Source: Octopus vulgaris (taxonomy: Eukaryota). Taken from it: DNA of 64,000 nt. Under the pieces are notes generated by a model. The model searched no databases, had not been told where the DNA came from, and saw only the letters and a program-made list of their open reading frames with translations. The stretch spans positions 162,750,001-162,814,000 of the forward strand of contig OX597815.1 in NCBI GenBank assembly GCA_951406725.2, given 5' to 3'. Position numbers and translations under genes: made by a program. The first letter of the stretch is position 1; each line of letters begins with the position of its first letter. This document shows positions 1 through 12,837 of the stretch, piece by piece.

Positions 1-153
<153 letters not shown>

Positions 154-600
154 TGCACACATGCACATATATATATGAAAAAAGAATCTGCAACTGGTTA
201 TATGAGTGTTCGGCTCAGTGACCAAAAGTTGATATTAAGCTCAAAGATATCTATCATATAAGGCTGCTTTGTTGTTGTTGTTTTTCGTCAGTTTTTTTAT
301 TTATTTATTTTGATTTTGTTTCCAGTAGAGAAATCAAAATATCAAAACAAAAAATTAAAACAAAAAAAACACCCTCGCAAATTTTTTATTTTTTATTGCT
401 AGTTTAGCGTGTGTGTGTATATATATAAATGTATGTATATATATATATATATATATCAATAAAAAATATCAATCAGTCCTGTTGGAGCTAAATGTAATAT
501 TAGTGTTTCTTTCTGAACTTTATGCATGGCTACCCATCACAGGTTCATAATTCCTCTGAAAAGAACAACAAGTTGTTGCCCATATAAAAGTTCTAAAGAC

Positions 601-631
601 TTACTACTACTACTACTACTACTACTACTAT

Positions 632-684
<53 letters not shown>

Positions 685-696
685 TCATTATTATTA
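601..696. repeat. (CTA)n/(TTA)n trinucleotide microsatellite
   Basis: Directly visible; explains the poly-L and poly-S ORFs. Confidence 0.98.
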
Positions 697-1157
697 AATT
701 CCTTTTTCTTCTTGTTTTCCGCTGAAAGTATTTTCATTAAAAAAGATTAAATCAAAAACTCCCAGGAGCGGTGAGGAAAAAAAAATCTATTATTGAAATA
801 TTTTCCTGAATCCATTTTTATGTTGAATGATTGCAGAAGGTTTTTTTTTTTAATTAATGCTGTAAAGAAATGAGTTTGATTAATTCCATTGTTTATAAGA
901 TTAATGTTTGGGATAAGATAGTGACCGTTGCTATGTTTATACCCCCAGATTGAAGCTATTGAAATTTTATTTTTCTCAAATTGATAGATTCCTTTTTTTT
1001 TTTTTTCTTTTTTTACTTTGTTTTAGGAGTTTCATAATATGTTGCAAAACAAAGTTTCTTACATAGCTATTGTTGTTTTGCCTCAAAATGTGCTTTTTTT
1101 TGTTATCAAAGGCACTCCAGCCATGTCCACCATATCCATCATATCTTTTGTTTTTCA

Positions 1158-1315
1158 GGCATGGCTGTGTGTTTAAGAAGTTTGCTTCCCAACATATGGT
1201 TTTGGGTTCAGTCCCAACTGTGTAACTCTTTGGCCAAGTGTCTTCTACTATAGCCCTGCATCAATCAAAATATTCTGTGTGAATTTGGTAGATGGAAACT
1301 GTAAAAATCTCATCA
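1158..1315 (+). mobile_element. tRNA-derived SINE family A, 5' half
   Basis: ggcatggctgtgtg..gggttcagtccc..ggccaagtgtcttctactatagcc; same sequence as copies at 20050, 43720 and 55068. Confidence 0.8.
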
Positions 1316-1339
1316 TATATATATATATAATAAAAAAAA

Positions 1340-1470
1340 TGGAGAAAAAAGATAACAAGAAAAAACAACAACACGAGGACATGGTACATGCAAAGTATTA
1401 ATAAGACACTCAGAGAAGGAAAGATAGAATGGTTGTTTTATGTTTCAAGCAAAGCTCTTCTTCGGAAAAG
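1340..1470 (-). mobile_element. Penelope-type terminal repeat fragment with degenerate hammerhead motif (1436-1468)
   Basis: Reverse complement reads ttt ccgaaga a gagc ttt gctt gaaa cata aaa; homologous to the motifs at 58002 and 63698. Confidence 0.55.
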
Positions 1471-1479
1471 AAAAGCAAG

Positions 1480-1822
1480 AATCCACTGTATGTAGATTTA
1501 GCCCACAAACAAACTGTAAATCCAGGAACGTAGTCTGTAGTATAAGCTGTACAGAGGGACAGTGCAGGAACAAGACAACAACGTATGTAGGGGTAACAGT
1601 GCAGAGCATAGGAGAGTGGGTAAATGAGCATTGGAGGGAACTTAAGGAAGAGAAGAACTTATTGGTTCTGTACCAACATGCCGAACAGGAACACAGGGGC
1701 TCGTTCAACAACATAGAAGTTAAAATCTTGTCCATGCATAGAACAAATGCAATGCTTAGACAAATTACAGAAGCTACATAATAGAAAATAAACCTAGCCT
1801 GAATAGGAAACTAGAATGGAAC
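1480..1822 (+). pseudogene. GIY-YIG endonuclease C-terminal remnant of a Penelope-like retroelement
   Basis: CKSRNVVCSISC..TYVGVT..NEH..HAEQEH..LRQITEA, then after a frameshift KPSLNRK..EWN; typical PLE GIY-YIG pattern. Confidence 0.8.
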
Positions 1823-2161
1823 ACGAGCACATACCCCCAGCACACCACAACCTATGACAGAATAAGATCCCCATAAACTGCTAACAATATGAATATAATA
1901 TAATACAACTCACAGATAAATAAATGGAATTAAATACCTAAAAAGTAGTTATAAACAGATGAAAAAAACAAAACAAATTAAATGAACGTGTATAAATAGG
2001 GGATACTGTTAATACAGGCACATTCCCCCCCCAACACACTTACTAAACATAGACACACACAGGGGTATATGCATACACAAATAAAGACACATACAATAGG
2101 AATACAAAATGGCTGATCATTAGTAAGGAAAGACACAAAAAAGAAAAAAGAAAGCAAAGTA

Positions 2162-2201
2162 CCACTGATGAGGTCACAGAAGTGTGACGAAAGAACTCTG
2201 G
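2162..2201 (+). ncRNA. Minimal type-I hammerhead ribozyme downstream of the GIY-YIG remnant
   Basis: cca CTGATGA g gtcaca gaag tgtgac GAAA gaac TC tgg: intact core, 6-bp stem II, 3-bp stem I. Confidence 0.7.
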
Positions 2202-2477
2202 CTGAAATACAATTAATATAAAATAAAGCTGAAGCAAGTGAACACCAAATATACAGTGCATGTGTTTTTACTGGCTAAACTGGCAACATGACCGTCCCCA
2301 AATACAACAGTATATATATAAATCTGATGATGTCGTAGGTGGCCAAAGCTTTGAAGTCACTGTCAACAACATTCTTGCATAAGAATAATAAATCTATATT
2401 CTACAAAAGTGTAGGGTAACCCATCAGATTAATGTAAACTTGTTTTTATTATAAAGGAACATAAAAACAAACATTAA

Positions 2478-3485
2478 TATATGGAACACATGTACACAAT
2501 GTATGTGCTTTGTTAGTTCATAGATCAGCCACAGTTTAAGGCATTGGAGATGACTCTCTCAAAGCACCAGGTGTTAAAGCACCTGAAAGACAGTCATAAA
2601 CAGGTGAGAGAACTCACACCAAGTTCTGCTCAGGAGCAATGGACATTGATGTTTTGTCATTTTTGAGATTTACCTAATCATGTACTTGAACTGAGCCCGA
2701 TGGAAATTCAATAGCCTGTCCATGACTTTATGTAAAATGATGTAAGAACCATCTGCTGGTATGCCTGGATGATGCATACATGGGAATAAATTCAAATACA
2801 AATTAGAAGCAGCTCATATGCACCATTCAGGCAAATGGTTCTTACACCATTTTACATAAAGTCATGGACAGGCTATTCAATTTGCATTCGGCTCAGTCCA
2901 GGTACATGATGTTGATAAATCACAAAAACGACAAAACATCAATGGCTATTGCTCATGAATGGAACTTGGTGTGAGTTGTTTCACCTGTCTATGATTGAAT
3001 TTTAGGTACATGGATGAGATGCCGAATGCACTTTTGCTGAAGGACTAGAAGCTGAAGCCAAGAAGCTGATTGGACACAATGCCAAATGGACACAAAAGTT
3101 GAATGGACAAGATGCCGAAAAGACATACAAAAGTTAAAATTTAATCTCGTTAAATCTTAAGTGCCAAATTGATGAATTAGTCATTAAACTATGTAGGTAG
3201 GAATGTTTTTTCTTATTATTGTGTTGGTTCTGCTTTATGTCTGTTTGGGATTGTGTCTGTTTGGGATTGTGTCTGTTTGGGTTTATGTTCATTCAGCATT
3301 GTGTGCATTTGGCTTCTTGACTTTGGCTTCTTGTCCCTCAGCAAAAGTGCATTTGGCATCCTGTCCACGCAAAGAATTTCAGGTGTTTTAACACCAGACA
3401 CTTTGAGAGAGTCATCTCCAATGCTTCAAATCACAGCTGACAAATGACCAGCAAAGCACACACATTATGAACGTGCATTTGATAT
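2478..3485. mobile_element. Long fold-back (palindromic) non-autonomous element, right arm interrupted by a second MITE
   Basis: ~2480-2785 is the reverse complement of 2812-3005 plus 3374-3480. Confidence 0.8.
3006..3373. mobile_element. Mutator/Foldback-like MITE with ~100-bp TIRs and subterminal tandem repeats
   Basis: TIRs ~3009-3100 vs ~3280-3370; tandem tttgggattgtgtctg units; 9-bp flanking duplication gaattttag (2997-3005) / gaatttcag (3374-3382). Confidence 0.7.
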
Positions 3486-3528
3486 TGTTTACAACACTCA
3501 AGCTACTTCTAATTCATATTTGAAAACA

Positions 3529-3571
<43 letters not shown>

Positions 3572-3573
<2 letters not shown>

Positions 3574-4025
3574 CAAGAAAGTTAGAGGTTGTGAATTCAA
3601 CCAACTAAGGGATAATATCTATCCAATATACTGCTTGTGAAATACCCAATTAATTATACATAAGTGTTTTTTATTGCATTGCAATTACATTATCAAGTGT
3701 ACTAAATGGGTGAGAGTAAAGAGTTATTTTACCAATAATTTATAGAGCAATAATAAAATGGAGGGGATCAATAGGTGGTTCATCAACTTTTAGACATTAT
3801 ATTATGTCAATTTATCTATTTACTAAAATGACAATTACAGGAATATAAATACATGTATAACATATTAAGCTTTATGTATAAAATATATCAAGATTATATA
3901 TATATAAAGTAATTATTAAAATATATAACATACAGGAATAGAAATTGGGAAAATATCTTACAGCTGAAACAGCTGTAAGATATTTTTGCGTAATTTACAT
4001 GACAGCTTATTCATTGCACCCTGTA
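3572..4025. mobile_element. Penelope-type terminal repeat remnant with inverted junction hairpin at 3950-3986
   Basis: aaaatatcttacagctg aaa cagctgtaagatatttt; contains gaaacagctgta, the 3' half of the HHR at 44773; flanked by (TA)n. Confidence 0.45.
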
Positions 4026-4220
4026 TATATATGTATATAGTAAGAGAATTATGTATCAAATATATATAATTGGTAACTCCAAAGAGAGAGGGCTACATCA
4101 TCACTCAATTTTCTGAAAATACCAACTAACTCTACCTTTAATCACACGGTACTCTCTTCTAATCTAAAAGAGACATGTACCCAGGATAATGTAGTATTTG
4201 ATATATGATACCTTGCATGT

Positions 4221-4258
<38 letters not shown>

Positions 4259-4764
4259 TGTGCACGTGCATGCGTGTGTGTGTGGTGTGTGTGTGCACGT
4301 GCATGCGTGTGTGTATGTGTGTAAATATATATTTAATAGATAGATAGATAGAGACAGACAGATATGCTTGTGGGTTTGAATACGTTTGTGTTTGTCTTTC
4401 ATCACTTGACAACTAAAGATGGTTAGCACATTGGTAACAATACTGATAGAATAAGTACTAGGTTCAAAATAAATCCTGGGTCATTTTGATGAACCAAACC
4501 AGTCAAAGTGATACTCCAGCGTTGTCTCAGTCCAGCAACTGAAACCAGTAACAGAATATAAGAGTGCTATTTTACAGAGGACAGACAACTCTAAAGTGAG
4601 AAGTCTCTATGTCATCGTTCAATCTGCTAAAAAATACCAGCCAACTCTTGCTTTAATCACACACTAATGAGTTCTAATGTAAAGGAGACATTTGTACCCA
4701 GGATAACGAAGTATCTGATGTGTAAAATCTTCACTGAGACTAGTCTGGGGCCAAACAACAATAA

Positions 4765-5050
4765 CATCATCATCATCATCGTTTAACGTTTGTTTTCCAT
4801 GCTAGCATGGGTTGGATGGTTCAACTGGGGTCTGGGAAGCTAGGTGGCTGCACCAGGCTCCAGTCTGATCTGGCAATATTTCTACAGCTGGATGCCCTCC
4901 CTAACGCCAACCACGCCGTGAGTGTAGTGGGTGCTTTTTACATCTCACTGGTACAGGGGCTAGAGGTGGCTGGCAATGGCCATGATCGGTTGGTGCTTTT
5001 TACGTGCCACTGGTACAGACACCAGTCAAAGTGGCAGTGGCATCGGCTAC
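4765..5050 (-). mobile_element. RTE LINE 3'UTR fragment with (GAT)n tail
   Basis: Reverse complement of the 3' end of the 5700-7213 element. Confidence 0.8.
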
Positions 5051-5699
5051 ATTCGGAGCAACAACAATGACTGAAAATGTTTAGAGTAATTAGACAGATG
5101 TAAGGATCTCTGTAGATTTTAATAAATAAAATGAGAGTCTATGAATCTCAGGATTTTCCTTGGACAGAAATAGAAAAAGCAGTAAATCCTATTAATATGT
5201 TTTATTGAAATTCTGTAGCAAGGCTAAATGGATGATATGAAGTTACTTGGCTTCTTTGAAGGCCAGTTAAAATGATTTTTCTCCATATAGAAGGTAAAAA
5301 GAATGCTGATCTTTTAATATTACATCACGAGAGACTAATGGCAGTTGTAAAAGACTAAATGTCCTAGATAAGTACACCAATGAGCTGGAATGAAGGAAGA
5401 TTTTTAAAGTATGTGGCTAAATTGAAAGGTAATGAAGTCAGTGCTGAGAATAATTTTGTACGGAAACTAAAAGGGTCACAAGAAAATGGGCTGCACCTTG
5501 TGACATTCTGAAAATACAGGTTAATAAAAATATACCATGAACAACAATAATTAAATTGTAATTATTGAAAGTTTATGATTAATATGGAAAAATTAGTGAA
5601 AGATTGGCTGGCTACCTACTAAAAGCACTGCAACTTAGATAACTATTAGATGAATCTAAATAGGGAATTTCAGTGAATGTTTTTGGCATTACAATATCA

Positions 5700-7213
5700 A
5701 GTACAATAAATGAGGAATTCAAGCCAGGATGCCCCTGGGAGCTTCTCTATGCTTATGACCTTGCTCTAATTGCTGAGTCACTATCAGAACTAGAGAAGTT
5801 TCAGGTGTGGAAGCACGGATTAGAATCGATGGGCCTTAGAGTCAACCTAGCAAAAACCAAAGTCTTCATAAGTAGGAAGGCTGACAAACCACAAATCCCT
5901 TCAGGTAGACGGCCCTGCTCGATCTGTTGAAAAGGCATAGGTAGAAACTCTGTAAGATGTACCCAGTGTAGGCTATGGACACAGGTGCAGCAATATCAAA
6001 GGAAGGCTAACTGAGAAGATAGTTTTTGTATGTGGCAAATGCTCAGGAGAAATAGACACCGAAAACGTGCAGCGAACAGCATCTGTCACATTCCAGGGGA
6101 AAAAAAAACTGCAAGTAGTTGATAGCTTCCACTACCAATTCAGTAGCGGGGGTGGATGCTCTGAAAGTGTAGCTACTAGAGTAAGGATAACCTGGGAAAA
6201 GTTCAGAGAGATCTTACCTCTGCTGGTGACAAAGGGCCTCTTGCTCAGAGTAAAAGGTAGATTGTATGATGCATGTGTGTGAAGAGCTATGCATGGCAGT
6301 GAAGCATAGGCTGTGACTGCTGAGGACATGTGTAATCTTACAAGGAATGAAGCCAGTATGCTCCACTGGATGTGTAATGTCAGTGTGCTTACTTGACAGA
6401 GTGTAAGCGTCCTGAGAGAAAAGTTGGACTAAAGAAGCATCAGATGTGGTGTGCAAGAGAGATGACTGGGCTGGTATGGTCATGTGTTGTGAATGGATGA
6501 GGACAGTCATGTGAAAAAGTGTCACATGATAGCAGTTGAGGGAACCTGCGGAAGAGGTAGACACAGGAAGACCTGGGATGAGGTGATGAAGCATGAACTT
6601 CAAACATTGGGCCTCACCAAGGCAATGACTAGTGACTAAGCTCTTTGGAGATATACTGTGCTTGAAAAGACCTGGCAAGCTAAGTGAGACCATAACTGTG
6701 GTCTATGCCAGTGCTGTATAACCAGCCCATTTAAGAGTATCCTTCAATCATTGGACAATAAACTATGCTTGCAAAGACCTGTTGAAGCAAGTGAAATTGC
6801 TGTTGTAGCCAATGACAGTACTGCCTGATTGGCACCCATGCCAGTGGAACGTTAAAAGCACCATTTGAGCGTGATTGTTGCCAGGGCTGCTGACTCACTC
6901 CTGTGCTGGTGGCACATAAAAAAAAAGCACCATTCAAGCATGTTCGTTGCCAGTGCCACTGGACTGGCTCCTGTGCAGGTGGTACATAAAAAGTACCATT
7001 TGAGCATGACTAATGTCAGTACTGCCTGACTGGCCTTTGTGCCGGTGGCATGTAAAAGCACCCACTACACTCTCAGAGTGGTTGGCATTAGGAAAAGCAT
7101 CCAGCTATAGAAACTTTGCCAGATCAGATTGGAGCCTTCTGGCTCGCCAGCCCTCAGTCAAACCGTCCAACTCATACCAGCCTGGAAAGTGGATGTTATA
7201 TGATGATGATGAT
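5700..7213 (+). mobile_element. 5'-truncated RTE-clade LINE (RT C-terminal part, 3'UTR with internal repeats, (GAT)n tail)
   Basis: EEFKPGCPWELLYAYDLALIAES (YADD motif), GLRVNLAKTKV, RVRITWEKFREILPLL..KGRLYDACV, GRGRHRKTWDEV; stops and frameshifts present. Confidence 0.9.
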
Positions 7214-7530
7214 GAAAAGATGTAACAATCATTGATGATGTAATAAATCTAAAATTCCGTTTAAAACACTCACAAAGGAACTGATAAATGATGCTTGATC
7301 TTCATGACTCTGAAGTTGACCAGATTTATACTTTGGCATGAAATCCATGGTTACAGATTTAGGATCCGGTTGGATTCTTGCATTCTATCAGCCCTCCTCT
7401 TTTTAGTTTCTCCGATCATTTCTGACTCTAGGTGCTGTACTTGTGAGTACACAGCACTATTCCACAGTGAGCGATCTTGAGTAAGGTGCAACCAGGTAGA
7501 CTGCTCTAAGTTACACTTTTCCACGGTTGG

Positions 7531-7720
7531 TTAAAGTGTATATTTGTATCTCTTTTTTGGTCCATCATGCAACTGAGAGCCAACTGCTTCTTCACCAAAG
7601 AAAATTTGTTTAGGGTGTCTGGAGTTGAACATGTACTCTAGATGTCCACCCCACCACACTTGGAATTTACTTAGGAATGCACACGTTTGACATATTAACT
7701 CTCTCAAGTGCAGTTGTATT
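7531..7720 (-). pseudogene. RTE/BovB-like LINE ORF C-terminal fragment
   Basis: WWGGHLEYM..RHPKQIFFGE..G....GPKKRYKYTL resembles the RTE motif RLPKQ..YGEL..G.R..GGQ.KRYKD. Confidence 0.65.
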
Positions 7721-7799
7721 GGGAATTTAATCCTGTCACCTGATGGAGAATTTTTCACAAGCATGTTTTTCTTTGTTTTTAACTGAGTTGTGACTTAAA

Positions 7800-10480
7800 T
7801 CTAGTTTCCAAAATGAATGTATTAAATATTCAAAATATGTTATTTCTATAAAGATTAGAATAAGGGTTCTGTGTAAAAGTTTTCTTTTGTGTTTTTAAAC
7901 TTCTATAATATTTGCTGATACCTTTATGGTATGCTTTGGAGATAACAATAGGATCCTGAAAGAATTGAATATATCAACTGCCTAGTCTCTTTGGTGCCAA
8001 TTATCTATGAATGTGGTAAAATACATATGTTTACATTTAAACATTGACAATCTGAATTATTCTTATCAAATAAAATAAAATACAATATCCTGGAAGCTGT
8101 CTGAGAAAAATAGATCTTATTGTGATCTGTTATTAAAACATATGTGCTATTGTAAGGTATTACGATTGCAGTGAAAATATTTTAACACCATTCTCAGAAT
8201 AGTAAGCTGACTGTTTCAAATTGATAATGAAAAACAGTCTGTAAAACTTTGGAGTGACTACAGCTCAAATACAGTACATTGTTTTAAGACGACATACATA
8301 TAATCAAACTGCAATTCTTTTTGAAAATGAGAAAAGGAAACCTATCAAATTTATTGCAACATAAAGGTTTTTACTGTATGAAGTTAGTCTTTAAATGCTC
8401 CCATCTGCTTTATGATCTCCTCCAATGGAGAAGAGATATTATTGTATGTGCACAAGATAACAATAAGAAAAGTCAACCATAACAAAGTTGAAATCATAGG
8501 ATTTTATCAAATGCAATAAGCTTAAAAGGATTGTTAATTTAGATGCTGTTTTACCAATGGCAGAACAACATCTATTTTATCAATCCATCTCAAGCAAGAT
8601 CCAAGCAAATTAAGATGTTTTATTTAGAGCAAGCTTATTTTATCAACCCCGAATGTATGAAAGGCAATGTTGACCCTGGTGGAATTTGAACTTAGAACAT
8701 ACAGACAGATAAAATGCTGCTAAGCATTTTGCCTGTTGTGCTAACTATTCTGCCTGGTAGACAAATTGCATTATGATTGACTGTGTAATTTCAGGGATTT
8801 ATTATTAGATATAAACAAAAAAAAGAATAAAAACTCAAAAGTGAATATAAAGCTTTTTACAAAATTGAATAGAAATATATTGAATATGAAGAAAGATTTG
8901 GATAAGCTTAAACAATATTTCCTTAAATTTTTTTTCTCTAGTTTCAGTCTTTGAACTGTAGCCATGCTGCTGTCAATGGTTTTAGCTGATAATCTCAACC
9001 TCAATATTTTCTAGTCATTCTTTTATCAAATGCTTAAGGGACAAACTGGTTTAGTCCACCTTTGTATACGATGGCATATTTCTAATTATATTATTGTTTT
9101 TCCTTCAATTCATCAGTTTTTATTCAACTGCCCCTTACTGGTGTTCTCTCTCTATCTCACACACATACGTATGTACGTGCATTTGTTTATGTGCATGTAT
9201 GTATTTGTCTGTGTCTTTACGAATGTATGTGTTATACATCTATATGTAATTCTGGAACAGTTTGAAATATTGATCAATATTAGTGTTGGGATGTCAGTAT
9301 ACTGAGTTATTGTATGGAAAGCTTTGCTAAATCTATTACTCACAGAATATGTTTTCATTTCAATTAAAATAAAACTCTGTTTACAAAATTAACGTTCAGC
9401 AATCACAACTGTGAGCTAAAGTTTTAACTTCTTGTGGTAGCATATTGTTTGATTTCTTTTACAATTTGATTTATACTTAAGCTGATCAGAAGCATTGTTG
9501 AGAAGTTTCCACTCTCCATTTATAGATGGTTGGCTAATGTAGCAAGGTATCTATAAATACTGAAGTTATTTTGTTCATCATTCTTTCTAAATTTCCCCTG
9601 ACAAAGCAACGTTCTCACTGAGCTATAAAATTTAATTGTTTGCTGAAAGTTTACTCTCTATGTGTCATGAACATAGTTCAGTTTATATTAATATGTGCAT
9701 CATCGTCACCATCATCATCATCATCACCTTCACTGCTGCTGAAGCTGCCACCAAAAACATCACTGCCACCACCAATAAAAATAAAAACAACAACAACAAC
9801 AATAACAGCATTATTATTATGGCTGGGTTCCAGCCCACAATGCTCAGTCCATCATCACTGCCTCAAGGTCCTGGATATTTAGATTTATTTTTTTCAGAAT
9901 GCTTCAAGGATATTGTGTTTTATTTTATTTGATAATAATAATTTAGATTGTCAATGTTTAAATGTAAACATATGCATTTTTCCACATTTATAGATAATTG
10001 GCACAAAAGAGACTAAGTGGTTGATATATTCAATTCTTTCAGCATCCCAGTGTTATCTCCTAAGCACACCATAAAGGTACCAACAAGAAAATTGTAGCAA
10101 AGCTGCATAATAGTGGTGTCAGACATGGCATACAGACCATCATATAACTTGTTTGACATTGTGTTTTTAATTTTCTCTTCCATTCTATTTTGACATGTGC
10201 ATTGCATTTTTATTCTTCTCTTTCCGGCTGCTACTAAAAACTGTTGACAGATCACAACCATCTCATGAACCTGTGGTTGTGAAGAGTGCTTTGCACTCTG
10301 ATGGTTGTGAAATTACAGATCCCAACCATCTCATGAACCTGTGTTCATGAGAAGTGCTTTGCTCTTTGATTGTTCTAAAGAAAAATTATAAAATCATATA
10401 AAAAAAAGAACTTTTACACAAAATCCTTATTCTAATTTTCATAGAAATAACACATTTTAAATATTTAGCACATTCATATT
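7800..10480. repeat. Pair of long inverted repeats (7800-8120 vs 9878-10090 plus 10385-10480), probably a decayed DNA transposon
   Basis: aaagaattgaatatatcaac..gtgccaattatctat..tgtttacatttaaacattgacaatct occurs in both orientations. Confidence 0.7.
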
Positions 10481-10782
10481 GGTTTCAAATTTTGGTGCAA
10501 GACCAGTGATTTCAAGGGTGGGAGTAAGTTGATTATATTGATCCCAGTATTCAACTGGTACTCATTTCATGGACCTTGAAAAGATGAAAGGCTAGAAATT
10601 TTGAGGGAGTGGGTAACTCAATTACATCAACCCCAGTGCTCAACTGGTACTTATTTTATTGACCCTGAAAGGCTGAAAGGTAAAGTCGACCATGGCAGAA
10701 TTTGAACCCAGATCATAAAGACAGACAAAATGTCCCTAAGCATTAAACCTAGTGTACTTATGATTCTGCCAGCTTGCTACCT
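10480..10782 (-). mobile_element. SINE family B copies (tandem/partial)
   Basis: ccccagtgctcaactggtacttattttattgaccctgaaaggctgaaaggtaaagtcgac; same family at 8640, 17825-18435, 22953, 39495, 42205 and 54000-54830. Confidence 0.8.
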
Positions 10783-11662
10783 TAGTTGAGTAGTAATATT
10801 CTTATGAAGTGTATAAAATATTATTTTATTCATTTTCTAAGGATGGACATATATGTACAAACCTTACAACTTCTCAGCTGAGATTAATTAAATTGTTGCA
10901 AGACTTATTCAATATGTTTGAGAAAGCTAAAGTAAGAAAGGAGACATTTTTTTGTTTGCTCCAAAGAAAGTAAGAAAAAAAAGAAAAATATAGAAAACAT
11001 GAAAAGTAGAAAAATATTGGGTGGCAGGATGAGTACTATATTCTTGGCAATGATTATGGTCTATTATCTGGTGAATTATTCTTTGACTGATTCAACAACA
11101 AAAGTAAAAATAAATAAAATGCTATGAATATTTAATTTATTTATATATTTTTGTTAGCTAATTGAATATCAAAAAAGCTAATATTACTTCATTTTTCTCT
11201 CGAAATATGAAAAAAAAATGAAAGAAATCACAAAAAAAATATATAAGAAAAGACATACACACACACAAAAAAAATTAAATTTGAAAGAAAAATATTTTTG
11301 ATACTAATAGAGTTAAATTTGCTTCTGGAAATAAAATCCTGCTGAGAGCTAAGGAGAGAATTTGTTTCTTTTTGTTCGTAAGGAAGAAAAAAAAAAAAAA
11401 AACTGAAATCAAAGGACAAGTAATATACATGAAAGTGATCTTTAATATTTCTTTTTTCCTTGGAGCAATTGATGAGTTTCACTTTCAATGTCTGGTTGAA
11501 AGTCAAACCCAACTCAGACAGAATTCAGATCACATTTTTCTTATTAGGCTGAGATGAAAAATTTATGAATTCATTTTAAAACGTCTGGGAAAGTGATTAT
11601 TTCTTTTTCATAACATGTCAACATATTTGGTCTGTGTCTGGCTATTTGTCTGCTGGTCCCTC

Positions 11663-11725
<63 letters not shown>

Positions 11726-11831
11726 AATTATCTAATTATTTATCTACTGCTAGCATTTACACACATCATTCACATCATGAACACAAATGTCTATAGAAAT
11801 ACATACACACGCCCACACACACACACAGATA

Positions 11832-11897
<66 letters not shown>

Positions 11898-11904
11898 GAA
11901 TTTA

Positions 11905-11936
<32 letters not shown>

Positions 11937-12135
11937 AAATATATACACTCACACACACATGCTCATATATATCATCATCATCGTCGTCATTTAATGTCCA
12001 TCTTTCATGCTAGCATCAGCTGAACAGTTTGATTGGAGTTGGTAAGCTAGAGGATTGCTCCAAGTGCTGGATGCACCTTCTAAGATCAACCACTTTACAG
12101 AGTGGACTGGGTGCTTTTTACTTGGCATCAGCACC

Positions 12136-12180
<45 letters not shown>

Positions 12181-12197
12181 CATATCTATATATATCA

Positions 12198-12530
12198 TCT
12201 AATATAGGATAAAATTTTCAAAAAATTTTATCAGTGGCTAGCATATTAAAAAATACCTTTTAAGGTGAAAATTATAAACAACTTATAAATAATGGCAAAA
12301 GAAAAAAATTTCGATGCCTAATATGCTGAGAAAAGACTTTAAATAATCGTTAACAACCACATATAATTAATTCATCACATGTCTCGAAGCAAGCTGACAG
12401 AAATTTCTAAAAAATTCTGTTATTACCAAATTGGTCCGATTTCTGAGTTAATTCATAAAGAATTTTCTCATCATCAGTGGTAAATATGTAATTTTGTCCT
12501 TTCACCCTTATTTATAAGTTGTCTATATCT
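12198..12530 (-). mobile_element. Short Penelope-type terminal-repeat element between microsatellites, carrying a hammerhead ribozyme
   Basis: Non-microsatellite ~330-bp segment flanked by (GT)n/(TA)n, containing the HHR at 12423-12483. Confidence 0.55.
12423..12483 (-). ncRNA. Type-I hammerhead ribozyme
   Basis: Reverse complement: ttacca CTGATGA tgagaaaattc tttat gaattaactca GAAA tcggaccaa TT tggtaa; 6-bp stem I, paired stem II, near-palindromic stem III. Confidence 0.75.
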
Positions 12531-12610
12531 ATATATCTATATCTATATGTATAGTATGTGTGTGTATATATATATGTTTATGTATATATATATATGAGTG
12601 TGTGTGCATA

Positions 12611-12770
<160 letters not shown>

Positions 12771-12837
12771 AATGTAAGAACTTACTGTGGACAAGGCTGT
12801 GGCATTTGATTATAAATATATAAAAAATACACATTCC

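Noticed and set aside
2322-2358. Second HHR-like string ctgatgatgtc..ggccaaagcttt (similar weak cases near 14745-14785, 32538 and 51645)
   Set aside because: Core or stems too degenerate to support individually
5080-5650. Possible old RT remnant (MDDMKL)
   Set aside because: Single short motif, too decayed to call
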